Positions 21,633 through 30,759 of a DNA stretch of 64,000 bases are shown in pieces. The DNA comes from Patescibacteria group bacterium. GTDB lineage: Bacteria; Patescibacteriota; Minisyncoccia; Phycocordibacterales; JACOZG01. A program made the position numbers and the translations under genes. The first letter of the stretch is position 1. Every line of letters begins with the position of its first letter. The notes beneath the pieces were generated by a model. That model was given only the letters and a program-made list of their open reading frames with translations. It did not search any database and was not told the DNA's origin. The stretch covers positions 46,295 to 110,294 of the forward strand of contig JAYEGE010000001.1 of the NCBI GenBank assembly GCA_034658935.1, written 5' to 3'.

Positions 21633-22034
21633 ATGAAAAAGAAAAAGCTTAAATTGAAGGTTGGGCGCAGTCGGGGCGGAGCGGGGCTAGGGTTATTTGC
21701 CACCGAGCCCATAAAACGAGGGCAATTTGTCATTGAGTACACGGGGGAAAAAATTAGTAGCGAGGAAGCTGATAAGCGTGGCGGCAAATACCTATTTGAT
21801 GTTTCTAAAGACCTAGTCCTTGATGCCAAAGACAGGAAACATTTGGCCCGCTATATTAATCATTCCTGTAAACCTAATTGCTATGCCGAGCGAGACGTAG
21901 AAGAAGGGAGAGTGAGTATTTATGCCCGACGGAAAATCGAGCCCGGCGAGGAGCTATCTTATAATTACGGCAAAGACTATTGGGAGGGCTATATTGGGGC
22001 CAAGAATTGCCGTTGTGAGAAATGCGCTAATTAA
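21633..22034 (+). CDS. SET-domain protein-lysine methyltransferase
   Basis: GLGLFA, IEYTGE, ARYINHSCKPN, ELSYNYG, post-SET CRCEKC. Confidence 0.93.
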   Translation: MKKKKLKLKVGRSRGGAGLGLFATEPIKRGQFVIEYTGEKISSEEADKRGGKYLFDVSKDLVLDAKDRKHLARYINHSCKPNCYAERDVEEGRVSIYARRKIEPGEELSYNYGKDYWEGYIGAKNCRCEKCAN

Positions 22035-22041
22035 TAAAGAC

Positions 22042-22073
22042 ACCCCCTGATTCGCGATAGCGAATCAGGGGGT
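22042..22073. terminator. Bidirectional terminator hairpin
   Basis: 14-bp perfect stem ACCCCCTGATTCGC/GCGAATCAGGGGGT between convergent units. Confidence 0.75.
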
Positions 22074-22162
22074 TTTGGCAACCAGAATATGAGTATGACT
22101 AACCGAGTATGAACGGGTATTCTGGAAGAATGATGAAGAGGTTGCCTATCGCTAGACTGACC

Positions 22163-22231
22163 TTAGACGCATCCAGGAACGCCCAAGACCAAAACAACGC
22201 CAATACTTAGGAGACAGAGTAGCTTACGCAT
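22163..22231 (-). CDS. 22-aa lipoprotein-signal-like peptide (not in ORF track)
   Basis: TGGTATAAT -10 (22283-22291), AAAGGAGGT SD, MRKLLCLLSIGVVLVLGVPGCV. Confidence 0.5.
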   Translation of the reverse strand: MRKLLCLLSIGVVLVLGVPGCV

Positions 22232-22294
22232 TCCGAACCTCCTTTCTATTGGGGTGAATGGAGTAAGGAACTCACCGAGGATATTATACCACCC

Positions 22295-23326
22295 CTAGGC
22301 ACATAACCTAACCAGGGCCAACTCGAGAGGCAATTGCGGCAGGCAGGCCTTGCCCAATTCGTCGTAGGTGGCCAAGAGCTCTTTCAATATTTGCGACAAG
22401 GCAGAGGATCTCTCGTGATGGGCATATTGCTCTATTTTGCCCCGAACCTCTGGCCCGAAACTGGACATCATTCCCTGAGCCAATTCCGGCGCCAAGCGGG
22501 ATAATAGGATTAGACGAAGATTTTTTAAAACTAATTTGAGAAATACCTGGGGGTTACCGTTATTTTTAACCAAAGATTCAATAGTTTGGAAGCCAGTTTC
22601 AGTATCTTGATCTAGGATGCTAGCAATGAAATTATCGACTAGTAGGGCTGGCGGAGCGCCAGTGACAGACTCTACTTCAGACAGGGTAATCTCCTTACTG
22701 CCCGGCGTAGCACTTAGCACTTGTTGCAGTTTGCCAGCCGCATCGCGGAAGGAACCATCGGCCATTAGAGCCAAGAGCTCGGCCGCCTCACCGTCAACTT
22801 TAATCTTCTCACCCTTGGCCACTCGTTCAATAAAAATCTTTAGGTCCTCAAGCGAGGGCGTCTGAAAAGTAAGTGACTGACAACGCGAAATGATAGTATC
22901 GAGCACCTTATGGAGTTCAGTAGTGGCTAGAATAAATATGACATGGGCCGGCGGCTCTTCTAAGGTCTTAAGGAGGGCATTGAAGGCATCCTTAGTAAGC
23001 ATGTGAACTTCATCAATAATGTAGACCTTATAGGGCGAGTCAAAGGGCATGGTCCGCACAGCTTCGCGGAGCTCACGAATCTCATCAATGCCACGATTAG
23101 AGGCACCGTCTATCTCATACAAATCATTGGGAGAGCAACCGATCTCCTTAGCAAAGATCCTAGCAATGCTAGTCTTGCCAGTACCTCGGGTACCAGCAAG
23201 CAAATAGGCATGGGCGATATTCTCTTGACCAATTGAGCCTTGGAGTACCTTAACCACCGCCTCCTGGCCGATAATCTCAGCAAAGGTGGCGGGGCGATAT
23301 TTGCGATAGAGAGCTAGAGAAGACAT
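22295..23326 (-). CDS. dnaX: DNA polymerase III subunit gamma/tau (short)
   Basis: LYRKYRP, GTRGTGKTS, IIDEVHML, NALLKTLEEPP, SRC. Confidence 0.96.
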   Translation of the reverse strand: MSSLALYRKYRPATFAEIIGQEAVVKVLQGSIGQENIAHAYLLAGTRGTGKTSIARIFAKEIGCSPNDLYEIDGASNRGIDEIRELREAVRTMPFDSPYKVYIIDEVHMLTKDAFNALLKTLEEPPAHVIFILATTELHKVLDTIISRCQSLTFQTPSLEDLKIFIERVAKGEKIKVDGEAAELLALMADGSFRDAAGKLQQVLSATPGSKEITLSEVESVTGAPPALLVDNFIASILDQDTETGFQTIESLVKNNGNPQVFLKLVLKNLRLILLSRLAPELAQGMMSSFGPEVRGKIEQYAHHERSSALSQILKELLATYDELGKACLPQLPLELALVRLCA

Positions 23327-23355
23327 GGGGACATTGTATACGGACTGGCTAAATT

Positions 23356-23394
23356 AAAAAAGGCCCACCTCCCTCGCCAAAAAGGGGGTGGGCC
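23356..23394 (-). terminator. Intrinsic terminator
   Basis: GGCCCACC..GGTGGGCC stem plus T6 on the minus strand. Confidence 0.7.
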
Positions 23395-23400
23395 ATCGCT

Positions 23401-23514
23401 ACGTGGAAGCGAGAGCGCCGAGACAAGCCCCAAGGAGAGGGCTCAGCTGCCGCACGAACCCGTCGTCAACCAAAAAGGAAAGGGGCGCCCCCGCTCCACA
23501 CGTTCCCAGATCTG
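23401..23514 (-). ncRNA. Candidate structured ncRNA upstream of dnaX
   Basis: GTGACT-17-TATGAT promoter (23521-23549), long closing stem with G-U pairs favouring the minus strand, no ORF, own terminator. Confidence 0.5.
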
Positions 23515-23700
23515 CTACCTATCATATACCCACCCCACCAAAAAGTCACGCAAATAAAAAAAGCCCCCCAACTCATGCCGCTTCAGGCAGTCTTGTTGGG
23601 GGGCATTTTTTTGTCAAGATGACTTCCGCTAGTAGTATAGCATACACATATATTTTGTCAGATGTTTCGCAATCACCTGCTTTCGACCGGCCGAATACTC

Positions 23701-24777
23701 CTACTTTTGGCCCCGGATTAGCTCCTCCGCTTCAGCTGCCATTTTGACTTGCATCAACTTCTCACGGAGCTCGGCGGCCCCAGGCCAACCCACCACATAA
23801 GCCTTATAATGCTTCTTCATAATAGCGAAACTCTTATGGCCACCCAATAATTTCTCAAATAACCTAGTGTGCTCGAGCATAACGCATAATTTTTCCTTAG
23901 ACGAAGGTTGGTGCCGCTCGAGAGGCGAAGGCCGGTATTGCAGAGAAAGGCCGTCTCGGAGCGCGACAGCATAAGAGCCAGGAAGATTTTCAGTAGAAAA
24001 TACTTCCGTGGCCTTTCGAGCAATACCGGCCTTCGCCGACCTAAGTCCCGCAAATAACCACGGGTTTCCAAAAATTGCTCGGCCGAGCATTATGCCATCT
24101 GCCCCCGTCTCCATCGCCTTCTGACTAGCATCGGCCAAATCTACCACGTCACCATTGCCAATTATTAAAGTCTTACTCTTCAATTTATCCCGCAGCTTTA
24201 CAGCATCGGCAACCCGCCCCCAACGGGCCGACACCTTAGACATCTCTTTGCGGGTTCGAGCATGGATAGTTACTGCCGCCGGCTCTTCAGCTAATAACTC
24301 TGGCAACCATTTTTCTAATTGGTCCTGGTTATAACCCAAGCGAGTCTTAATAGAGATCGGTAAGTTCCCCGCCCCCTGCTTAGCCGCCCGCATAATCTCC
24401 CGAGCCAAACTCGGATCTCTCATTAGGGCCGCCCCCGCTCCCTGTTTCTCGATGCCCCTATCGGGGCATCCCATATTGATATCGATTCCATCGAAGTCAA
24501 GCTCGGCGCAAAGTCTAGTCGCCGCCGCCATTTTTTCTGGATGAGAAGTGAAAAGCTGGGCCACAATAGGCCGCTCACTCTCATCATAAATTAAATCCTT
24601 AAGTAGACGCGCCCGCCCTTCTGGATGGACCAGGCCGTCAGCTGAAACAAATTCTGTCCAAAGCACATCCGGCTTCCCGTACTTAGCAATCACCCGCCTA
24701 AAAGCCGCATCAGTGACATCGGCCATCGGCGCCAAAACAAAAAAGGGTTTAACTAAGCGCTGCCAAAAATTAGACAT
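23701..24777 (-). CDS. dusB: tRNA-dihydrouridine synthase (DusB-like)
   Basis: LAPMADVTD, GIDINMGCP, TIHARTR, GNGDV, GRAIFGNPW. Confidence 0.93.
   Translation of the reverse strand: MSNFWQRLVKPFFVLAPMADVTDAAFRRVIAKYGKPDVLWTEFVSADGLVHPEGRARLLKDLIYDESERPIVAQLFTSHPEKMAAATRLCAELDFDGIDINMGCPDRGIEKQGAGAALMRDPSLAREIMRAAKQGAGNLPISIKTRLGYNQDQLEKWLPELLAEEPAAVTIHARTRKEMSKVSARWGRVADAVKLRDKLKSKTLIIGNGDVVDLADASQKAMETGADGIMLGRAIFGNPWLFAGLRSAKAGIARKATEVFSTENLPGSYAVALRDGLSLQYRPSPLERHQPSSKEKLCVMLEHTRLFEKLLGGHKSFAIMKKHYKAYVVGWPGAAELREKLMQVKMAAEAEELIRGQK
23924..24037. mobile_element. 114-bp structured element family C, in frame in dus
   Basis: Perfect 18-bp terminal IR GGCGAAGGCCGGTATTGC, nested inner stems; homologous to 32223-32328. 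Confidence 0.85.
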
Positions 24778-24818
24778 AGGGTCCCATCATAATTAAAACC
24801 TTGCCTCATGTCTATAAA

Positions 24819-26042
24819 TTACCCCGCCGTCAATTCACGCAACTTTTCTAAAGTCCTATCGCCAACATATCCAGTACTACTGATTTGATGCTGTACCTGA
24901 AAGGCCTTAACCGCCGCCCGGACACATGGCCCGAAATTACCATTAATTGGACACTCATTGAAAGACCGACCATTTGGAGGATAGAGCCCAGATCGTTGCA
25001 AAACTTTCTGAAGGGCCAAAACAGAGCGCTTGCCCCTAAGGCCCTCGCTCAAATGCTCTTCTATGGGGTAGGGCAAGAGTAGAGTGTCATTGGCAACAAC
25101 CTCGGGATCAAAATATTGTTTCAACCCTTGATAGGTTTGCCAAGCTAATTCATCCAATAGAGCATCTCTGGTTTCTGGGTACTGCCAGGCTGATTCGTAA
25201 ATATAACCATACTCGATAAGCAAAGCCGCCCCACGACGCGAAGCATTGGCGCCAATAGCGATCAACTCCTGGTCTTCTATTATGCCCCCATCCTCCATAG
25301 GTAAATCACTTACAGCGACCGTCTGCTCGAGCTGGCGGCCGATCGACTCCGCCAAAGCCAAACTGGCGGCCGCATTTGGATACTGCTTCTCAGGAGCGTA
25401 GATAGCAAAACCGGTATAATGACCCACCTGGCTAGATCTACGCCTGGGGTAATCATTAAAATGGAGGTGGAGAGTTAGATCATGTTGTTTGTCGTTGGCC
25501 CATTTATTAATGCCATAGAGACGGAAGGAGACTTCTGAGGGAGCAAAATTATGATGAACTTGTTCCGCCGGTGTACTCACCCGGCCGCTCTCAAGTAGGC
25601 GATTAAAGTCATTCTGCAAGTCACGACGGAAGGCAATAATATGTTGTCCCCCAACTTCAAAGGTGCGCTTAAGGGCTGGCAGATACTCACCGTCATCAAA
25701 TTCTCTGGCCGTGTAGACGCGGAAATGAGGGTCTTTGTCTATGAATTTGAAAAGCTTTTCTGCTAAAAGCAAATTTAGGTCCGCCTCTTTGATGCCACGG
25801 AACTCAGCACCGCCGTACTCATTGTCGTGCCCAGGCACCAACAAAATTTTCAATTGTTTGCGGCGATAATCTTGTTTAAGGCCAGAAACAGTCACCGTAT
25901 CGGGATAAACCCAGCTAACCATCTGGGTTAAATTGCGCCAAGAATTAGACCGGTCCGAGCCCAGCCACCAGGTGACAGCGACCAACAAGACAAGAAGGAC
26001 CAATACTAAATAACAACGTTTAGAAACTCGGTTGAAAGCCAT
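24819..26042 (-). CDS. N-acetylmuramoyl-L-alanine amidase with C-terminal peptidoglycan-binding domain
   Basis: TM anchor; PGHD, E..LNL, LHLHFN, LIEYGY; LQKVL..GNFGP..AVKAFQ..G.VG..T. Confidence 0.85.
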   Translation of the reverse strand: MAFNRVSKRCYLVLVLLVLLVAVTWWLGSDRSNSWRNLTQMVSWVYPDTVTVSGLKQDYRRKQLKILLVPGHDNEYGGAEFRGIKEADLNLLLAEKLFKFIDKDPHFRVYTAREFDDGEYLPALKRTFEVGGQHIIAFRRDLQNDFNRLLESGRVSTPAEQVHHNFAPSEVSFRLYGINKWANDKQHDLTLHLHFNDYPRRRSSQVGHYTGFAIYAPEKQYPNAAASLALAESIGRQLEQTVAVSDLPMEDGGIIEDQELIAIGANASRRGAALLIEYGYIYESAWQYPETRDALLDELAWQTYQGLKQYFDPEVVANDTLLLPYPIEEHLSEGLRGKRSVLALQKVLQRSGLYPPNGRSFNECPINGNFGPCVRAAVKAFQVQHQISSTGYVGDRTLEKLRELTAG

Positions 26043-27057
26043 GATTTAAATTAATTGCTCGAGTATTGGCAGTAGCAACCACACCGTTGTCTAGACTGAC
26101 GTAGAGCACCAGACCTCGCATAGTTTCTTCTGAAAAATTTTGGTCAAAAATAAAATTACCTAAGCTATAAGCAATCAGGCCATTACGATAATACTCCAGC
26201 CCTTGGGTAACGTGAGGATGGTGACCAATCACGATCTTCGCCCCCCTATCTATTGCTAAGCGAGCCAGCTCTCGCTGCCTCAGAGAGGGTTCAGTCTGAT
26301 ACTCCTCACCAAAATGGAAAGAAACAACAAGAACATCCACCTCCCTGGCCGCTTGCCCTATTAGATCGGCTAGACTCGGATCGCTGGCTAATATGATGCC
26401 GGGCCGATCATCGCCAGCAGCTAACCATTTGGGGCCAACATCAGTAGCCGACAAAAAGCCGAGCTTATAGCCGCCTCGTTCCAATACCTTAACTGAGGTA
26501 GCATCTTGGTAATCAAACCCGCCGCCCGTCGCCACTAGACCCAACTTTCTTAGTCTCTCTAGAGTATCAACGAAAGCCACTGCCCCCCAATCACCAGCAT
26601 GGTTATTGGCCACTGACAAAACGTCAAAGCCGGCCCCCTTGATGGCGTCCAGAGCTGCCGGTTCCATCCGGAAGGAATAACGCCCCCCACGATCTTTTCC
26701 CTTATTCGACACCGGACCCTCCAAGTTGCCGAAGCTAAGATCAGCCATCGCCAAATCGCCAACTTCTTCGAATAACCAACCATAATCGCCGCCACGAGCC
26801 CTAACCTGCCCAGCCACCCCTCGATCCAACATCATATCTCCCACAAAGATGAGTTGGAGGAGTTCCGATTCGGGCACAGGAGCTGGAGTAGGTTGATTCT
26901 TGAAAGTAATAACAGCGGCGAGTCCAGGGTCGTTATAATAAACTTGAGACTGAGGAGCGGAGTATTGCCAGAGACGAGTCGCCCCGGGGACCAAGACTGC
27001 CATTAGTAAAACGCCAAAGGCAGCAGAGAGACTACTAGCTAACCAATAATTTTTCAT
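26020..27057 (-). CDS. CapA/PgsA family metallophosphatase-like protein
   Basis: GDMMLDR, GNLEG, ANNH, HFGEEY, GHHPHV, YSLGNF. Confidence 0.92.
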   Translation of the reverse strand: MKNYWLASSLSAAFGVLLMAVLVPGATRLWQYSAPQSQVYYNDPGLAAVITFKNQPTPAPVPESELLQLIFVGDMMLDRGVAGQVRARGGDYGWLFEEVGDLAMADLSFGNLEGPVSNKGKDRGGRYSFRMEPAALDAIKGAGFDVLSVANNHAGDWGAVAFVDTLERLRKLGLVATGGGFDYQDATSVKVLERGGYKLGFLSATDVGPKWLAAGDDRPGIILASDPSLADLIGQAAREVDVLVVSFHFGEEYQTEPSLRQRELARLAIDRGAKIVIGHHPHVTQGLEYYRNGLIAYSLGNFIFDQNFSEETMRGLVLYVSLDNGVVATANTRAINLNHGFQPSF

Positions 27058-29489
27058 ATCAGTGATTTTATCTTACCATCTTGAAACAACAATCTATCGC
27101 CTGTTTTTAATTCACCGCTGATCAACTGGTCAGCCACCGTCTGTTCGACTCGCTCTTGGATGAAGCGGCTCATCGGTCGAGCACCAAATTGCTTATTATA
27201 ACCACCCGTCGCCACCAATTCGACCAACTCATCATTAAGCACTAATTCCAATCCTCGATCACGTAATCTTTTAACTAATTTATTCAATAGGAGGTGCGCT
27301 ACTTGGCGCAGGGCATCCTGCTCAAGAGGACGGAAAACTACCAAGCCATCAAAACGATTGAGCAGTTCTGGTTTAAATAGGCGTTCGCTTACTAAGTGAT
27401 TGATCAACTCGTTCTTCAGATTACCTGGATCATCATTACTAGCAGTCGCTGACCAAATCAACTCAGCCCCAGCATTGGAGGTAGCAATAAAGACTAGATT
27501 ACGAGCATTAATCCGCTTCCCGGTGGCATCAGAAAATAATCCTTCGTCAAAGATCTGGAGAAAAAGATTAATGGCGTCATGATTCATTTTCTCAAATTCA
27601 TCTAAAAGCAAGACGCCGTAAGGATGCTCACGAACCAAATTGGCTAAGATCCCCGGCTGGTCGCTATCGAAAGAGCCGATTAGGCGCTCCAAGGCGTCTG
27701 GTCCCTGGAACTCTGACATATCAAGGCGCAGAAGGTCCCCCGGCCGGCCAAAGAGCACCGCCACCAAGGACTTAGCCGTCTCTGTCTTACCCACACCAGT
27801 TGGACCCAAGAAGAGGAAGGAGCCGGCCGGCCGCTTAGGATTACGAACCCCCGCTCGATTACGTTTAATGGCACTAGCCACTAATTTAAGTGCCTCTCCT
27901 TGACCGATCACCCTCCGGCCCAATTCTGCCTCTAGATTAGTTAGGGTTTCCCGCTCCTCGACAGTTACCTCTCCCAGAGGGATCCCTGTTTTCTGTTCAA
28001 CATGATCCCAAACTAATTGTTGAGTAATTAATCTTTGCCCACTCTTAAGAGCGATGGGGATAAGGCCCACTAAGAGATCGGCCGCCTGGTCAGACACCGC
28101 CTCACCCTGCAAATAACGCTCCGAGGCCGTGACCACCTCCTTCAGCGCCCCATAGGTGAAGGTGACCCGATGACGTGCTTCAAGACCAATGACCTGATCT
28201 TGAAGCGCCTGGAGGAGTACAGCCGGGTCGACCTCGGCCAACATTAACCGTTCGAAGCGTCTGATCAATGCTGTCCGTGGCTCTAGCACTTGGTGGAACT
28301 CGCCAGTATCAGCCAAGGCAATCATCGGCAAATGTTCAACCGAGAGGAAGGGGTCGAGTAGGCCAGCCAGATTAACACCGTATTGATCGGCCGACCGGGC
28401 TAGGGCAGCGAAATTATCAATTACCAAAATTACGTTGCCGGCATCCCGGGCGTCTTCAAGTAAGTGAAGCAGGGCACTCTCTAAAGTTTTCTCATCGCTT
28501 GTCCTAGATAATAGCAGGGTAGTGTTCAGAAGCATCAAGCGGCGCGAGAGAAGAGACGAGGGCGCCTTCTGACCGTTAATTTCTCGTGCCAATTGCCAGA
28601 TAAGCTCCATCTTGCCCTGCCCAGCCTCACCAATAATGAGAGCATTGGACTCCTTCGAGCGCAGAAGAGCAGTCTCTAGGCGGTCTAATTCTGGCAATCG
28701 GGGTCTGGCTAGAGCCAACGGTGAGGGCCAGGCAGCCTGATCAACTAATAGGTTATGGCTGAAGCGCTCAAGAAAATAACCGACTCCATAGGACCAATCC
28801 GCACCCAAACGGGGCCGGCGGCGCAAACTATCCCAGGCCCACCACCGCTCGGTGATGGCCTGCAACTCAATTTCTCTAACCACCCAATCAGCAATCGCCA
28901 GAAAATCGGCCGGTTTTATATTATGGCGGAAGAGGAAGGAACTGAACCCACTGTCGGCTGAAAGTAGAGTATCGACCACTGGCCTCAATTTTAAAATCTC
29001 CTTGGACCGATCAGCTAGATTAAGCTCGATTATCTCTCGGCGCTCAGACAAATAAGCTTGCCATTCGGCCGGCTTAATCCCCGCCCGCCGCATCATCCGC
29101 TTACCAGTCTGGCTGGCCAAGAAACCAGCGAGGAAATCTTTTCGCTTGGTCGCCCAATAGAGTATACGCCCAACAGTAAAAGTAAACCTGGCTTCTAGGC
29201 CGTATTCATTAATGATAATGCTACCGTAATAATGGGAACGGAAATAAGCTTCAATTAGAGAAACGACTAGCACCAACACTAGATAGAGCAAAGCCAGGCC
29301 AATCACTAAAGGCAGATTAATTACCGCCCCCGACCACCAATATAGCCCAGCGACAAACAGACCCAATAGAAGAATAACCTGGCTAAAACGGAGTGACACT
29401 AAGCGCGCTCGGCGAGAAAACCAATCCTCTAAAACTAAAACTGGGTAGAGCGAGCTGGCTTTAATGATGTTGCGGTAGGGCCGATTCAT
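27054..29489 (-). CDS. Membrane-anchored ClpA/ClpB-like AAA+ ATPase
   Basis: Two N-terminal TMs, degenerate D1 (GEAGQGK, LVIDNF), intact D2 (GPTGVGKT, LLLDEFEK, PELLNRFD, GARPM); start at MNRPY. Confidence 0.85.
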   Translation of the reverse strand: MNRPYRNIIKASSLYPVLVLEDWFSRRARLVSLRFSQVILLLGLFVAGLYWWSGAVINLPLVIGLALLYLVLVLVVSLIEAYFRSHYYGSIIINEYGLEARFTFTVGRILYWATKRKDFLAGFLASQTGKRMMRRAGIKPAEWQAYLSERREIIELNLADRSKEILKLRPVVDTLLSADSGFSSFLFRHNIKPADFLAIADWVVREIELQAITERWWAWDSLRRRPRLGADWSYGVGYFLERFSHNLLVDQAAWPSPLALARPRLPELDRLETALLRSKESNALIIGEAGQGKMELIWQLAREINGQKAPSSLLSRRLMLLNTTLLLSRTSDEKTLESALLHLLEDARDAGNVILVIDNFAALARSADQYGVNLAGLLDPFLSVEHLPMIALADTGEFHQVLEPRTALIRRFERLMLAEVDPAVLLQALQDQVIGLEARHRVTFTYGALKEVVTASERYLQGEAVSDQAADLLVGLIPIALKSGQRLITQQLVWDHVEQKTGIPLGEVTVEERETLTNLEAELGRRVIGQGEALKLVASAIKRNRAGVRNPKRPAGSFLFLGPTGVGKTETAKSLVAVLFGRPGDLLRLDMSEFQGPDALERLIGSFDSDQPGILANLVREHPYGVLLLDEFEKMNHDAINLFLQIFDEGLFSDATGKRINARNLVFIATSNAGAELIWSATASNDDPGNLKNELINHLVSERLFKPELLNRFDGLVVFRPLEQDALRQVAHLLLNKLVKRLRDRGLELVLNDELVELVATGGYNKQFGARPMSRFIQERVEQTVADQLISGELKTGDRLLFQDGKIKSLI

Positions 29490-29491
29490 AC

Positions 29492-29878
29492 TTAGAAAAT
29501 ACAATTGAGGGCAATAATGAGTAAGACAACAACAATCAGCGGCATTAATAACCACACTAGGGCTCCGATGATGCCCATTAGGACCATCAGCACCAGAGAA
29601 CAAAGCCCCGAGATGATAAGGATAGTCCTGGCCAGGGCGCCCACTATGCGCATCAATAGATTGACTACTAGAGAAGAGGCCCACTCACCAGGATGGAGGC
29701 CGGGCTTATAGGCCTCGCCCAAGCGCCGCCAGGGCGCCACCCAAGTCCGCACCAGAATCGGCAAGGAGAAAAAATGGTAAATGAAGCGGAGAAGATTGCT
29801 CCAAATAATGGCTCCATCACGCCAAGCGGTCGTATAATGCCACCACAGATAATAGAGGGGTGAGCTGAGCAAGAACAT
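29492..29878 (-). CDS. Small membrane protein upstream of the Clp-like ATPase
   Basis: YYLWWHY..FFSLP.L.RT..APWRR, hydrophobic C-terminus; TATAAT 6 nt upstream. Confidence 0.75.
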   Translation of the reverse strand: MFLLSSPLYYLWWHYTTAWRDGAIIWSNLLRFIYHFFSLPILVRTWVAPWRRLGEAYKPGLHPGEWASSLVVNLLMRIVGALARTILIISGLCSLVLMVLMGIIGALVWLLMPLIVVVLLIIALNCIF

Positions 29879-29910
29879 AATCTTATTATATAAGAGCTAG
29901 CGCAAAACCT

Positions 29911-30759
29911 CTAACGGAAACGGTAGAAAACTTTCGGAGCGAAGCGGAGGTCGAGATACTCAAGAGATAGGTTCTTGTCTGAGAAATCGGCCAGCCAAGA
30001 ATCAGAGCGCAAAACAGTGCCCAGAGTCGCCAGTAGGTCGGTGGAGTCCTGATGCAGGTTAACCAGGAGATCAAAAGTCTCAGCCCCAATTTCAATCCCA
30101 AAAGTATAATCCTGGTGGTCTGGGCTAATAATAACCAGGTTGATTGCAGATACCTGGAAACCGTTTTGCTTCAGACTCTTTGCTAATCTAGAGCGTAGAT
30201 CTAAGAGCCGGGCCAATTCATCTGCAGCAATGGGTGCTGGCTGTCCTGCCTGGGGCCAAACGCCAGTGGATTGAATTGTCAGATAGGGTCGGCGCGAAAA
30301 ATGGGGGGCTGGAGAAAAAACAACTGCTTGTCTATCTATGAAATAACATTGCCCATCATCAGCGGGGCACCACATGGCGACTGGCTGGCGCTCCTTAACC
30401 GATATCATTAAGGCTCCCTGGCGTGAATATACTTCGGCCGTAGTTAGGCGGGCAAAGCGGTCAAGCAGAGTCTGTTCCAACTGCTCAGCTGGGTAAAACC
30501 AGCGTTGCCGCCGAGAAATTAAGCGCCAATAATTCCCAGTCAATACCTCATCGGCTACTCGTTTTATTTGAGCTTCACTGGTAACTCGCTCGCCTTCAAC
30601 AGTAATGCCCTGCAGGTGCCAACGCTCTAATCTAAGAAACCAAACCAAGGCAACCAAAATTATAAGGGCCAGTATCACTAGAATGAGTAACCGGGTTTGT
30701 AGTCGTCGCCTCTTGGCTAGACGAGAAGATTTAAGTAGCTCGCGGCGATTCCTGACCAT
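29911..30759 (-). CDS. FtsQ/DivIB-like cell division protein
   Basis: Basic N-terminus, TM, POTRA-like segment, V.ER.P.A.W, EYLDLRF..KVFY. Confidence 0.75.
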   Translation of the reverse strand: MVRNRRELLKSSRLAKRRRLQTRLLILVILALIILVALVWFLRLERWHLQGITVEGERVTSEAQIKRVADEVLTGNYWRLISRRQRWFYPAEQLEQTLLDRFARLTTAEVYSRQGALMISVKERQPVAMWCPADDGQCYFIDRQAVVFSPAPHFSRRPYLTIQSTGVWPQAGQPAPIAADELARLLDLRSRLAKSLKQNGFQVSAINLVIISPDHQDYTFGIEIGAETFDLLVNLHQDSTDLLATLGTVLRSDSWLADFSDKNLSLEYLDLRFAPKVFYRFR

